From an uncultured delta proteobacterium (GTDB lineage: Bacteria > Bdellovibrionota > FAC87 > UBA2466), in NCBI GenBank assembly GCA_963778115.1, contig CAVZSV010000001.1:65011-129010 (forward strand): 64,000 nucleotides of DNA. Reading direction: 5' to 3'. The position numbers and the translations under genes were made by a program. Positions 1 through 11,896 of the stretch are shown one piece after another. The stretch's first letter is position 1, and the number at the start of each line of letters is the position of its first letter. The notes beneath the pieces were generated by a model. That model did not search any database. It was not told where the DNA came from and worked only from the letters and a program-made list of their open reading frames with translations.

Positions 1-161
1 GTAATTCCGGTCGCCACCGCGTCGGCCGATACCTTTTCGCTCGATAATAATAAGAAGCTACAAACGGCTGAGACTTTGAAGTTTTACAAAGTGGACGTTA
101 ACAAAGACTTTGCACGCACCGAGATCAATCGCTTTAACCTCCTGGCAATCGAGGTTACCCC

Positions 162-1280
162 ATGAAAAATATTTCTTATCTTATCGTGATTGTTTTTCTT
201 TCGGGGAGCCTTGCCGAAGCGCAGCGAGGTGGACGTGGGGGGGGAGGAGGACGTCCCTCCGGTGGAATGCGGCCGGGAGGTGTTGGTGGCGGAATGAGCG
301 GGGGATTTCATCCCAGCAGGCCTTCCGAACCTATTGCACGCCCTACTCCGCATCCGACACCTAGACCCCCTCAAGACCCCAGACCCGGGACTCTGCCGGT
401 TACTAGGCCCGGACCCGGCGGAGGAATTGGCGGCTCTCGCCCCATCGGGGGAGGCGGTATGGGCCCTGGCCCAGGCTTTGGAGGTCCCCGACCCGGTGTT
501 GGTCCCGGCCACCCCACTACGTTACCTACTCGCCCAGGGGGGCGACCAGGTGCGGGAGACATCGGGAAATTTCTAGGAGGAAATCCGCCCGGCCATTTCC
601 CGGGAAATCCCGGCTTTCGTCCTGGCTATAACGGGTACCATAAGAGTGAATTTTACGGACATATCCATAACCATTTTCCTTACAGCCCCAGGTACGGATA
701 TCCCTTCGGAAGAAATTGGTGCGCCAATTTTCACTGGCACTATCACCACTGGCCGTACTGGACGGCCGCCGCAACGGCAGTCACTTTAACCGCATGGTTG
801 GGCTACGGCGCTTATGGAGGGTACGGGACCGCCACACAAATTCCCTACTATCCCGTTGAACCTGCTCCTGCGGACGTTTATGAAACTTCGGTCGAAGTGC
901 CGGCCCAGATCTGTGATCAAGGTCTGGCTCCCGTAAGTGACGATACGGAATGGTTGAATTTAGGAACTTTCGGGATCATTCCTTACCAAGGCACTGACTT
1001 TGCTTACGGCATACAACTGGCGATCTCAAAAGACGGAATAATCCGCGGCATTCAGTGGGATATGAAAGGAAATACCGCGACCGAGATCGCAGGATCGATC
1101 CAAAGAGACGGCCTTAAGATCGCTTGGCGCGCTAAGACCGCTAATGCTCCTTACTTTGAAAGCACCGTGGATCAGCTGACGCAGCCAGAATCTTATGTAA
1201 ACGTCTATGATCCCATAGCGAAAAGCCTAGTGAGCTGGCAGATGATCCAAATCGATCCCAAAGATCTCCCAGGACAATAA
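162..1280 (+). CDS. Secreted Gly/Pro-rich low-complexity protein with an aromatic/His-rich segment, one predicted TM helix and a C-terminal globular domain of unknown function
   Basis: N-terminal signal peptide (MKNISYLIVIVFLSGSLAEA). Long G/P-rich repeats (GGRGGGGGRPSGG..., PGPGGGIGG...). TM-like segment TAAATAVTLTAWLGY. The ORF is followed by a hairpin terminator. Confidence 0.5.
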   Translation: MKNISYLIVIVFLSGSLAEAQRGGRGGGGGRPSGGMRPGGVGGGMSGGFHPSRPSEPIARPTPHPTPRPPQDPRPGTLPVTRPGPGGGIGGSRPIGGGGMGPGPGFGGPRPGVGPGHPTTLPTRPGGRPGAGDIGKFLGGNPPGHFPGNPGFRPGYNGYHKSEFYGHIHNHFPYSPRYGYPFGRNWCANFHWHYHHWPYWTAAATAVTLTAWLGYGAYGGYGTATQIPYYPVEPAPADVYETSVEVPAQICDQGLAPVSDDTEWLNLGTFGIIPYQGTDFAYGIQLAISKDGIIRGIQWDMKGNTATEIAGSIQRDGLKIAWRAKTANAPYFESTVDQLTQPESYVNVYDPIAKSLVSWQMIQIDPKDLPGQ

Positions 1281-1284
1281 CAGA

Positions 1285-1318
1285 AAGGTACGGCCTACCT
1301 TCCTGTAGGCCGTGCCTT
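1285..1318. terminator. Stem-loop (GGCCTAC...GTAGGCC) between convergent genes. Candidate bidirectional rho-independent terminator
   Basis: Inverted repeat read directly from the sequence between ORF 162-1280 (+) and ORF 1324-2463 (-). Confidence 0.4.
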
Positions 1319-1323
1319 GTAGG

Positions 1324-2410
1324 TTAGCTCTTGGTCTTTTTTCGTGTCTTGGGCGTTGCTGCCGTGAATTTGGTGATGGCGTCGGCGTCTTTTCTAAGGC
1401 CAACGAGAAAATCCGCTACGGTATTGGCGATAGGATCGACCTCATCTAGATCGTCGCCCTCATTCAAGATGAAATATTCGGAAACGGCTTTGATGATATT
1501 GGCATCACCTTCACCCAGCTGCTCTTTGAGCTCGCTATAGTTAGCGCTATTTTCCGTGTGCTTTTTTTCGTAAAATTTGCTGATGGCAGCTCCCATCGCT
1601 TCGTAGTCGCGACGAGTGATGTGAATTCCGCTGCGCTTAGGACAATTGGCCCCGTACTGCCAATAGTCATTCATTTCAGCGTCTTTCTTATTGTCCCCCG
1701 CTGTTTTGGCCCTATAAACACAGTCTTTTTGATTGTAGGCAAAGTTTGAAAACTTGCCGCGGTAAAATTTGGTAAAAGTGTCTTGTCCCGCATGGAAAGC
1801 CGCTAACAGAGTCACCTGAAAAATCGCATCGTCCCAGTTGGGAGTTCCCTCTTGTGCACGGTATTGTTCCGCACCGTAAATGGCTAGGAAGTTCGTCGCG
1901 ACTAGTTGGGTATAGGGGTGTTTCATTTGGGAATAAGATTTCGCATCGCAAGCACCAATGAGTTGAATCAGAGAAAGGTAAAACCCGTGCATCTCCGTAT
2001 CGCTCAGGGTGAACAACTTCGTAATGGCATCTAGATACTGTTTGTCCGTCCAGTCGCCGATATCCTGGCCCTTGCGCCAGCCATAACTTCGGCCTCCCGT
2101 ATCGCTCGCGGGATAGCCTACGTGATAAAAGAAATTTTGATCGTTGATCTTAACGGCAACGCCGTTCTTATTATTTTCCGGACCGGCCTTCGCCGAACCT
2201 TCTTCGTGGGCTTCTGCCACCTTTTCGATCTGAGGCTGAATCTCGTCTTTCATCAAACCGAGCATCGTACTTTTACCGGCATAATCGGAGAGATCAAAGC
2301 CATTGGGAAAGTCGAACGGATCGTCTTTGATCGCATGCGGAGCGCAAAGCCCCACTGCGGACAGCAATAGCCACCCTAATAAAGAAACCGCGAACGAATT
2401 TTTGAGCATT
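1324..2410 (-). CDS. Secreted hypothetical protein. Likely start is at MLKNSFAVSLLG
   Basis: Long ORF with a signal peptide after an internal Met. No motif recognised with confidence. Confidence 0.5.
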
Positions 2411-2548
2411 GTTATATCCCCCAACTGAACATCTGACTGACGACTGACTGACCGGCGAGCCACCCATAGGCTCCTCCGGTATTCAAGTACGACTAGCTCA
2501 GCGCGTTATCATATTCAAGAGATTTAAATCGGGAAGGCAACGAGGGCT

Positions 2549-2878
2549 TTATTCGTCAAAGGCTTGGAGAGCCGCTTCCAGTTCCAGCTGACTCACGAGT
2601 TGGGTGCGGGGCTTTCCTTGATAAGCAAGAATGCGAAATCCATCAAAAGCGGATTTTTCTTCGTCGCCCTCAAGCGTAACGGCTTCCACTTCAATGGAGG
2701 CCAAGGGGAGAAGCGCTTCGCGTGATTCAAAAATCACAGCATCTTCTCGAGTTTCGGAATAACCGTCGAACCCGGCCTCCGCATTGGGATCGAAAACCGA
2801 CACATAGACCGGGGCTTCGATGCCATGGCGGTAGAGTTCTAAAATGTAGCCATTTACCTGATTCGCTTGGTTATCCAT
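2549..2878 (-). CDS. Hypothetical acidic protein immediately downstream of the helicase gene
   Basis: 109-aa ORF lying 53 nt downstream of the DEAD-box gene on the same strand. Confidence 0.35.
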   Translation of the reverse strand: MDNQANQVNGYILELYRHGIEAPVYVSVFDPNAEAGFDGYSETREDAVIFESREALLPLASIEVEAVTLEGDEEKSAFDGFRILAYQGKPRTQLVSQLELEAALQAFDE

Positions 2879-2931
2879 TAGGGGGTAATCAGTAGCAGAG
2901 TCTAAGGCGCTAAGAAAGTGATTAAATAAAA

Positions 2932-4068
2932 CTACGCTCCGGTCGCTTTAGCGCCTTCGATGGCGTCCATCAAAGCCGTATCCCGCCGCGTGACGATATT
3001 GACCACTAAACCTTCTCTTCCCGCTCTAGCCGTTCTTCCCACACGGTGAACATAGTTTTCCATAGAGTGGGGAAGATAATAGTTAATCACTCGCGAGACG
3101 TGGTGAACATCTAGGCCGCGCGAGGCCAAATCGGTCGAGACCAAAAGTTCAACTTGCCCGTCACGAAAGGCTTTTAAATTAGCTCGGCGAACCACCTTGT
3201 CCATCTCGCCCCGATAGACGACGCATTCTCGACCAATGCTATGAAGATGACGGGCCACTTCATCGCACTGTTCTCTCGTATTGACGAAGATTAGAGTCCC
3301 CCCCGAAGCAGGTTTTTCTAGCTCCGCTTCTAACTGAGGGAACCGCAACCCATCGGCGACAAATCGCTTCTTAGTGATAAGACGCGGAACCAAGCGACCC
3401 GAGCCTTCGCTACGAATCATTTGTGCTTCGGAAAAGAGTTCGCTAATGAGCGCCTCTACTTTTGGAGAGACGGTGGCCGAAAATAGTCCCATTTGTCTCT
3501 GGCGAAGACAGTGATCCGCGATTCGTTTGGCATCAGCCAGAAAACTTTCATCTAGCATTTGATCGGCTTCGTCGAACACGAGAAAGCGAACGTCGGATAG
3601 ATTGACTAACTCTCGATCCCTAAGTTGTAAGAGTCGTCCGGGAGTCGCGACCAATACTTCAAAAGAACCTTTCAAATTTTTCTTAGCGACTTCCAGCGTG
3701 GTTCCACCTAATACACTTCGCACTCTAATGCGCGTATCGTGAGTAAACGTCTTAAAGACCCGAGTCACTTGCTCCCCTAGTTCGCGGGTAGGAACTATAA
3801 CAGCGGCCCTGGGGTGGCTTTCGACCTGTACGGGCTGCCCCTCAGTCTCCAGTGTCTTAAGGACATGGAGAATGGGCAAAGCATAAGCTAGCGTTTTACC
3901 GGTTCCTGTTTGCGCGACTCCCACGACCGATTTTCCCGCGAGTAAAGCGGGTAACGTCCTGATTTGGATCTCGGTAGGTGTGAGGAGACTCTTATCGGCG
4001 AGAGTCTTTTGAAGAGACGCAAGAAGATTAAATTCAGTAAACGATGACATTCGAGTGTTTCCTAACAC
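2932..4068 (-). CDS. DEAD-box ATP-dependent RNA helicase
   Basis: Motif I AQTGTGKT, motif II VFDEAD, motif III SAT and motif VI HRVGRTARAG are all present. The Q-motif context is at the N-terminus. Confidence 0.9.
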   Translation of the reverse strand: MLGNTRMSSFTEFNLLASLQKTLADKSLLTPTEIQIRTLPALLAGKSVVGVAQTGTGKTLAYALPILHVLKTLETEGQPVQVESHPRAAVIVPTRELGEQVTRVFKTFTHDTRIRVRSVLGGTTLEVAKKNLKGSFEVLVATPGRLLQLRDRELVNLSDVRFLVFDEADQMLDESFLADAKRIADHCLRQRQMGLFSATVSPKVEALISELFSEAQMIRSEGSGRLVPRLITKKRFVADGLRFPQLEAELEKPASGGTLIFVNTREQCDEVARHLHSIGRECVVYRGEMDKVVRRANLKAFRDGQVELLVSTDLASRGLDVHHVSRVINYYLPHSMENYVHRVGRTARAGREGLVVNIVTRRDTALMDAIEGAKATGA

Positions 4069-4096
4069 AAATTACAAAAGCTTGAAACTGGGCTCT

Positions 4097-5362
4097 CTAA
4101 CGAGGGGCCGCATTAAGACGCCGAACTAGATCTGATAACTCGGCAGGTGTAAAAAACAAGGCACTCAACTCATCGATCGCCTTGCCCCTCCCTACGTAGA
4201 CTTCACCAATATGGTCAAACACTTTGTGGGGATTTAGATAGGTTACCGGCCTATTTCTTTCATCCGCCATGAGTCCGGCTTTAAGGTGAGCATCTACTTC
4301 GGAGACAAGCGCGTACAGATCGATAAATATCCGCCAGTCGACCTCGGTCATTCCCAATCGATTCCCTCGCTCAAAGACCTGCTGACGGTGAGCCACCTCA
4401 GCACTAGCCATAAACTTTCCGCGCGTCGCCGGAAAGGCCGCCTCAAATTTTTCCTTAAGAAGTTCTAAAGGGCGCTGTGGATGGGCGACTAATTCCGGTT
4501 TTACCGTTCCCAAGAAATAGTCTAACAACAGATTAAGATCCCATTTACGATCGTGGATCGCATGAGCCATCCCGTGAATGATAAATTCGGGTAAGCCTGG
4601 GATATTAAATTGTTCCACGAAATAAAGGCCCGAATCGTAAACCACTCCATCGGGAGAGCTCATGCTCCTAGGCCAATAGACGGATTGCATCTCCATCGCA
4701 TTGAAAGAATGATCAGACAAATTCTGTTCGAAGTGTCCAAGCAAGGAAAGCCATGAGTCCGGAAAATTCTCAAAAAAATCAACTGTCATTTGGTAAGTAT
4801 TCGCCCTAAATAACTCCAACGACTCTATCAGGTGAAGTTTTAACCCCGTATCCCGGAAGTTCCGAACCAAATTTTGGAGCTCTCTGGTCTTCGGTTTCAG
4901 CGCTAAATCAGAAACAGAAATCTCCCGCTTAGCCCCCTGAGCCTTTCTCTTAAATTGGGCCATCTCCTGCTCAATCTCTAAGAACCGATTACCCAAGAGT
5001 TCAGGAGTGAAAGCCTCTGTCATATATTCATCAAGCACCAAGGTCATGTCGCAAGCGATCGCATAAGGAAGACGGCGCTTAAGCGATTCGCGTTGCGCAT
5101 AATCCACTAGCACTTCAATAAAACGATCTGTGTTATCGCGAAAAATCTGAAACTTCTCATGATAACGAGGAAGGAGAGTCCTCATAAACGCCAGCATGTT
5201 ATAGGTTTCGGGAACTATATGGCTGCGTACTATAGCCGCGCAATTATCGTCGAATATCTCCTCTAACTCGGCAGGAAGCTCCTCTTTCGCCCCGAAAGCA
5301 GAACAGGAAAGAATCAAAAAAAATAAGGCAATCCGGCGTGGCATCGTATGGGGTTTAACCAA
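4097..5362 (-). CDS. Secreted hypothetical protein
   Basis: 421-aa ORF with an N-terminal signal peptide (IALFFLILSCSAFGA). No recognised catalytic motif. Confidence 0.5.
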   Translation of the reverse strand: MVKPHTMPRRIALFFLILSCSAFGAKEELPAELEEIFDDNCAAIVRSHIVPETYNMLAFMRTLLPRYHEKFQIFRDNTDRFIEVLVDYAQRESLKRRLPYAIACDMTLVLDEYMTEAFTPELLGNRFLEIEQEMAQFKRKAQGAKREISVSDLALKPKTRELQNLVRNFRDTGLKLHLIESLELFRANTYQMTVDFFENFPDSWLSLLGHFEQNLSDHSFNAMEMQSVYWPRSMSSPDGVVYDSGLYFVEQFNIPGLPEFIIHGMAHAIHDRKWDLNLLLDYFLGTVKPELVAHPQRPLELLKEKFEAAFPATRGKFMASAEVAHRQQVFERGNRLGMTEVDWRIFIDLYALVSEVDAHLKAGLMADERNRPVTYLNPHKVFDHIGEVYVGRGKAIDELSALFFTPAELSDLVRRLNAAPR

Positions 5363-5440
5363 ATTCCGAGAGCCAGATCAAGCAGCGTACTAACTCGGCT
5401 AGGAACCCGAAGAAATCACAGAGTTTTTCTACAGAAAGGG

Positions 5441-5785
5441 TTACTTTTTCTTAGTTAGCGAACACGTAAACTGCCCGTCGCGCGAGCTCACCTTACCGTC
5501 CGCCCAAAAGGTAATCACCTCTTTGGAAAGCGAAATGGCTTCGGGCAGCACTAGGTAGACGTTCCCGGTCTTCTTCGCTTCCTGGCGAATTACATAGCCC
5601 GACACTTTCCAAGACGGCCCTTCTCCGGTCACAAACTGCGTCTTGCTGTCATAAGAAAAAGCATAATCGGGGTCGCACTGGGAGCCTTCGCGGGTGCACT
5701 GGTAGTCTCCAGAAACATCGGGTTCATCCGCCGCGAAGAGGCAAAAGGAATTAAGACAAATAAACGCCACTAACCAATATCTCAT
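5441..5785 (-). CDS. Small secreted hypothetical protein
   Basis: 114-aa ORF with a signal peptide (WLVAFICLNSFCLFAA). Confidence 0.4.
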   Translation of the reverse strand: MRYWLVAFICLNSFCLFAADEPDVSGDYQCTREGSQCDPDYAFSYDSKTQFVTGEGPSWKVSGYVIRQEAKKTGNVYLVLPEAISLSKEVITFWADGKVSSRDGQFTCSLTKKK

Positions 5786-5962
5786 TTGAGACCTCCAGTT
5801 TAGGAAAACGCTAACCGCGAAGCTAATCTATAGGAAGGCAAAGAGATATAAACCTTTTTGGGCCTCTCCCTATAGGGATGTCTCTTGCCTTTTGCTACCT
5901 TGGGGAGGAGCATGATTGAAAAATAATTTACGGGTTGGGGCAGTCTATGAGGAGACTAGCCC

Positions 5963-7903
5963 ATGGAAATTATCGCGAGACTATTGCCCCGCGAACCGAG
6001 TCTTCACAACCGGTCCGCTATGAAACTATGGCTCATGAGAAAGGGCACCGAAGCGACCGAATTTGACGAGGTTGATGCCGGAGAGCTTGCCCCCATTTTA
6101 AATAGCCTCTCCGATGGACTGATTCTGACGGACGCGAGTTCAAAAGTTAAGATTCTCAATAAAGCGGCAACGCTAATCTCCGGGGGTAAGCCTCTTAATG
6201 AGTGCCCTCTGTTTCACCCCGACAGAACGACTCCGCTAGCTTTGCAAGACAGACCTCTGGAGCGAGCTCTCCACGGAGAAGAGATCGAACGCATGGAGGC
6301 GGTGCTAAAAACCCCGGTCCACCCCAATGGGCTCTTTGTTGAGATCAACGCTTCCCCCATCAGAGACGAAGTAGGTCACATTTACGGGGCGGTAGCTCTT
6401 ATTCGCGATGTTTCGAAACGAAAGCAGGCCGAAGAGGAGCTCTGGCATAGTAAGCTTCGTTTTGAAACGCTCTCCCACATGGTGAACGACTATGTTTGGG
6501 AATGGGATATCCCCAACGATATCTCCTGGCGCCAAGGGAGACGCAATGCTTTCGGTTATCGTGAAGAGGAGATCCGTTCGGTAGATACGTGGTGGAGAGA
6601 AAAGATCCATCCCGAGGATCAAGAACGCATCTTTGCCCTTCACGCTGAGGTCATGAGTGGATTTAGACAATCCTGGCGTGCGGAGTATCGTTGGCTTAAG
6701 AATGACGGCTCTTATGCCTACGTTATCGGACAGGCCCACGTTACCCGCCGGGACGAAAACAATCGCCCCACATATATGATGGGAGCCTCTTTAGATATTA
6801 CCGATCGAAGATCCATTGAAGAAAGACTCTCTCAGCTGGCTCTCATAGTGGAGTCCACCGACGACGCGGTTTTCAGCGTGGATCTGAATCGAACCATTCT
6901 TAGTTGGAATAAAGGGGCGGAAAAGTTGTGGGGCTATACCCCCGATGAGGTAATCGGCCGTGACGTTCACCTTTTGGGAGATTCCGCGACCTCAGAACTT
7001 GCCAAAAAGCTTCTCGTTCCAAGGCTCATGAACGGCGAAAGCATTCAACGCTTTGAAATGTGGAGAAAGAAAAAAACCGGCGAAAGCATGCTACTCTCGC
7101 ATACCGTCTCGCCCATCAAGAACGCCAAAAATCAAGTGGTTGGGGCTTGTATTGTAGGACGTGACATTACCGACGTCCGTAAGGCCGAAGAAGAGATCCG
7201 ACGACTCACCTCCAACCTTGCGCGATCCAATGAAGAGCTAAAGCAGTTCGCCTACGTAGCTTCTCACGACATTAGCGAGCCGCTTAGAACCATGGGAAGT
7301 TTCGCAAGCCTCCTAAAGAAAAACTACGCAGACCAGTTAGATAGCCGGGGACAGGAGTTTATAGATACCATCGTTGATGGATCGAACCGAATGAGGCACT
7401 TAATCGACTCGCTCCTCGATTACGCTCGCGTCGAGCAGGCCCCTTTGCATCTGAAAGACGTAGATTGTAGGGTATTGATGGAAAGGCTCAAAGCCGATCT
7501 TAAGTATTCTATCGAAAGGACTCGCGCCGAAATCGTTTCAAAGGATCTCCCCCAAATTACAGCAGATGAAGTCCTTCTTAATCAACTCTTTCAGAATCTA
7601 ATATCGAATGCCCTTAAATTTTTCCAAAAAGCTCCTCCTAAGGTGACGATCTCCGCCGAAAGAAAAGGACAAGAATGGACCTTTTCCGTGAAAGACGAAG
7701 GGATTGGGATCGATCCGGTTTTCCACGATCGTATTTTCCAAACGTTCCAGCGATTAAACGGGGCCGGGGACTTTCCTGGTAGTGGGCTTGGGCTTGCGAC
7801 CTGCAAGCGGATCATAGATCGTCACGGGGGACGAATTTGGTTCGAATCACACCCCGGCCATGGGACGACTTTTTACTTTTCCATTCCCGATCAGGACAAA
7901 TAG
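5963..7903 (+). CDS. Multi-PAS sensor histidine kinase
   Basis: Several PAS-like segments. H-box FAYVASHDISEPLRTM. HATPase_c G-boxes GIGIDP and GSGLGLATCKRIIDRHGGRIWFESHPGHGTTFYF. Confidence 0.85.
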   Translation: MEIIARLLPREPSLHNRSAMKLWLMRKGTEATEFDEVDAGELAPILNSLSDGLILTDASSKVKILNKAATLISGGKPLNECPLFHPDRTTPLALQDRPLERALHGEEIERMEAVLKTPVHPNGLFVEINASPIRDEVGHIYGAVALIRDVSKRKQAEEELWHSKLRFETLSHMVNDYVWEWDIPNDISWRQGRRNAFGYREEEIRSVDTWWREKIHPEDQERIFALHAEVMSGFRQSWRAEYRWLKNDGSYAYVIGQAHVTRRDENNRPTYMMGASLDITDRRSIEERLSQLALIVESTDDAVFSVDLNRTILSWNKGAEKLWGYTPDEVIGRDVHLLGDSATSELAKKLLVPRLMNGESIQRFEMWRKKKTGESMLLSHTVSPIKNAKNQVVGACIVGRDITDVRKAEEEIRRLTSNLARSNEELKQFAYVASHDISEPLRTMGSFASLLKKNYADQLDSRGQEFIDTIVDGSNRMRHLIDSLLDYARVEQAPLHLKDVDCRVLMERLKADLKYSIERTRAEIVSKDLPQITADEVLLNQLFQNLISNALKFFQKAPPKVTISAERKGQEWTFSVKDEGIGIDPVFHDRIFQTFQRLNGAGDFPGSGLGLATCKRIIDRHGGRIWFESHPGHGTTFYFSIPDQDK

Positions 7904-8006
7904 TAAGGATATCTATTGGGAGGTTAGACGCGTCACGTTAGTTCGGGTAGCAAAGACTACCACCGTCAAAGATTCTCATTCCATCTCCTGACACATTCGG
8001 TTTTAG

Positions 8007-9098
<1,092 letters not shown>

Positions 9099-9249
9099 GC
9101 GGGGCCATTGCTACAAGCCTAATTTGCAACTATTTCAGTGAGCCAAGAGGGGGGCTATAGAATATAGGAGACACTTGGCCTAAAGGCATCTATTGTATAG
9201 GGCTGAAAACGGCAAAACGTCGTTTTTACTTAATTAAGCGAGAGTACAC

Positions 9250-9447
9250 ATGGCCAAAGGCACAGTAAAATTCTTTAACGGCGGCAAAGGGTTCGGTTTC
9301 ATTACACCAGATGACGGTAGCAAGGACGTTTTCGTTCACGCTAACGACACCGGCGGAGCCTCCCTTCAGGAAGGGACCAAAGTCGAATTCGATGTCGTCC
9401 AGGGCAAGAAAGGTCCTCAGGCCAGCAACGTCCGAGTCGTATCGTAA
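9250..9447 (+). CDS. cspA: Cold-shock protein (CspA family)
   Basis: [28 protein letters not shown] carries the RNP1/RNP2 motifs. The gene has a long 5' leader and is followed by a terminator. Confidence 0.9.
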   Translation: MAKGTVKFFNGGKGFGFITPDDGSKDVFVHANDTGGASLQEGTKVEFDVVQGKKGPQASNVRVVS

Positions 9448-9485
9448 GACTTAGTCAGCCAGTTCCGGGCGATTTCGCCCCATAG

Positions 9486-9520
9486 GAAAAGCTCCGAAAG
9501 GGGCTTTTTTCTTTTTTGGC
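9486..9520 (+). terminator. Rho-independent terminator after cspA
   Basis: GC stem (AAAAGCTCC/GGGGCTTTT) followed by a T-run. Confidence 0.5.
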
Positions 9521-9563
9521 GCTTGCCTAATTCGTCTTGAAATACTGCCGCCCGCCTAGCTAA

Positions 9564-10064
9564 TCAGGTCCAAATAAATCGAGAGCAAATTTCAAACCCA
9601 ACCGTAAGTAGAGCCGGTACCGAGAAAAGAAAGGTAGATACCCGTCGGGGAACCTGCTTCTGATACGTTTGGTACTCAGGCACCAGCGCTAGCGTCTTCT
9701 CCTCCTCAAAAATTCGAACCCATATTCCCAGATAAGTGACCACCGTGAGTCCTACCTGTTCTAAGCTTAAGAAAGGAAGCAGCAAGATCGCTTGAATGTG
9801 GAGAGCTCCCGAATAGATAGGATGTCTCATTAACGTATAGGGTCCCGAAGTGGTAATGCCACGGATTCCGGGCAGGAGTCCAAAGTTAGACTTTAGCGCC
9901 ATTAAACTCATGATGATAATCATTTCGTAAAAGAGCTTCGCAAATACGATAGACCGATAGACTGCTAACGGCAGGCTCACCTGATTAAAATGGGAACTCA
10001 CCAGTCCGTTGGAAAAAAGCACCGCAATGAGCGCAAAAGAATTCACGCGCAACATCGAAGGCAC
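9564..10064 (-). CDS. Isoprenylcysteine carboxyl methyltransferase / PEMT-family membrane methyltransferase
   Basis: TSGPYTLMRHPIYSGALH...VRIFEEEKTL matches the ICMT/PEMT C-terminal signature. It is a multi-TM protein. Its 5' end overlaps, in another frame, the 109-aa membrane ORF 9985-10314. Confidence 0.55.
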   Translation of the reverse strand: MPSMLRVNSFALIAVLFSNGLVSSHFNQVSLPLAVYRSIVFAKLFYEMIIIMSLMALKSNFGLLPGIRGITTSGPYTLMRHPIYSGALHIQAILLLPFLSLEQVGLTVVTYLGIWVRIFEEEKTLALVPEYQTYQKQVPRRVSTFLFSVPALLTVGFEICSRFIWT

Positions 10065-10375
10065 CTTCGATTCTAACGACCGCCACCATTTGAGCCAAAG
10101 CCGTTAACCCTGAGCCCAGTAACAATAGAGCACTCTCGGGGGTAGCCACCGTACGTGGCCATTGTTTAACGAGACCAATTAGCACCAGTAGCGACACGAA
10201 TACTTTTTCTCCGACTATCCAAAGGAGCTGCTTAGACGGAGGCTTAATCAGTTTAGTTTTAGTAGCTTGAGGGTCATAGTACGTAGACTCTCGCAACGAA
10301 GAACGTGAGTTCATCTTAGTTTCCTATTTTTTTTTGAAATCCGAGATTGGAAAGAATTGACAGACTAGCAGAATT

Positions 10376-10750
10376 TCAACTTAGCAATGTAGGCGGGCGA
10401 AAAATAGGAAGACCAATGAGTTCCATATGAACGAAAAATGCGGGAGTCGTCACCCTATCGGGCAAGAAAGACGCATCGAAGTGTTTTCTAGAAAGAGGGG
10501 TGGAGTGATGGGCATGAGTATGCAAAGTACTATCGAAACATTCTCGAAAGCATCCACTGCTTTTTTTGCAAAGATCGTGTTCACAGCGTCCCCCTGAGCC
10601 AACCCCCACGACACTGTTGACCGCCGCTACCAATTTGCAACCTCCGGGAAACGCTCTCACGAAGGGAGTAGAAGGATCGAAAACTTCCAAGAGGAATAGC
10701 GCCAAAGAAAGAAACAGGATGGCTCTTCTTCGGCCGCTCGAAAGAAACAT
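10376..10750 (-). CDS. Cys/His-rich hypothetical ORF. Its coding status is uncertain
   Basis: 124-aa ORF with Cys and His clusters and no recognisable domain. Confidence 0.2.
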   Translation of the reverse strand: MFLSSGRRRAILFLSLALFLLEVFDPSTPFVRAFPGGCKLVAAVNSVVGVGSGGRCEHDLCKKSSGCFRECFDSTLHTHAHHSTPLSRKHFDASFLPDRVTTPAFFVHMELIGLPIFRPPTLLS

Positions 10751-11143
10751 GGTTTTATTTTAGCAGAAACCCTACCGAACGACGGAAAACATTTTGGTCT
10801 TTCATCGAGGACTCGTCGCATAAAAACGCATGAAATCATTGCTAACTAACTATCCGACTGTCTGGGTCTTCGCGTTTTCGGACAAGGCAGGGTTCGTAGC
10901 TCATCCTTTGCAACGTTTCTTGTTGATAGCGCGCGCACATTTTAAGGATGATATCCAACTTTTAAGAGTACTCTTTTCTCTTTCTAGAGCCTCCGCCGAA
11001 TAAACGGTAGTTCCTTTGGGAAATCCCTTCCATAAATCAGATGCCCAATACCTTTCGATGAAAGCAACACTCGCTTTAAAAGCTCGGCAAGAAGCGAAAC
11101 CAGCGCGGTACAGTAACCTATGGACATTCCTGTCTTTCGAAAG

Positions 11144-11896
11144 TCACCATTCTCGATCTGCAAAAATTCTCATGGCATCGCGCCAGAATTGGGCTTGCCT
11201 CGGATGAAAGTTATCGTATCGTTTTCGAAAATCTGGATTTTCGACGTACATCTGTCCCAAGCCGGTGTAGATCTCTTTCGTCGGATGGTAGAAGCGTTTG
11301 ATTAAAGCGTAGTGCTGTCTGACGATCTCTTGCACGGCTTGCTCTTCGGGTTTTTGATTAGCTCTGATGGCGGACGTCAAAGCATGATCCAGTCGCTCAA
11401 ATTCCTCCCCGACGATATCGTAGTCTTTTTTCTTCCAGCCATTCGTATTTTTTCTAGATTCCGTAACCAGACGCTTTCCGCCGTTTTCCACCCAATATTG
11501 TTCGTACTCCGCTTGTTTTTCCTTATCGAAACCCAAATACATCTCTTTCGCTTTCATTTCGGTCCCCCCTTCAAGATTCAAAATGGTGTTGTCGATGGTT
11601 TTGATTAATGCATGGGTATGCTCGATATTTCTTTCTAGGATGGCTCGGTGTGACTTTAACGTTTCTACTTTGTCGAAATTAGCCGCTGTGATTAACCGCT
11701 CGACCTCGGTGAGCGTAAACCCCAATTCTTTAAAGAATAAGATCTGCTGCAGCATTAGCAATTGAGGTTGCTCATAAACACGATATCCGTTCTCGCCATG
11801 GTAAGCAGGCTTTAGTAACCCTATCTCGTCATAGAAGTGCAGTGTGCGAACGCTGACTCCAGAGAGCTTGGCTAACCCTTTTACCGAATAGGCCAT
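11144..11896 (-). CDS. MerR-family transcriptional regulator with a TipAS-like C-terminal domain. The likely start is at MAYSVKGLAKL
   Basis: N-terminal MerR HTH (YSVKGLAKLSGVSVRTLHFYDEIGLL...ELGFTLTEV) followed by a ~140-aa TipAS-type effector domain. Confidence 0.85.
   Translation of the reverse strand: MAYSVKGLAKLSGVSVRTLHFYDEIGLLKPAYHGENGYRVYEQPQLLMLQQILFFKELGFTLTEVERLITAANFDKVETLKSHRAILERNIEHTHALIKTIDNTILNLEGGTEMKAKEMYLGFDKEKQAEYEQYWVENGGKRLVTESRKNTNGWKKKDYDIVGEEFERLDHALTSAIRANQKPEEQAVQEIVRQHYALIKRFYHPTKEIYTGLGQMYVENPDFRKRYDNFHPRQAQFWRDAMRIFADREW

Noticed and set aside
84-576. Several 60-140-aa ORFs (84-512 -, 334-576 +, 371-562 -) rich in Pro/Arg/Gly
   Set aside because: Frame-shifted shadows produced by the GC-rich Gly/Pro-repeat coding sequence of ORF 162-1280.
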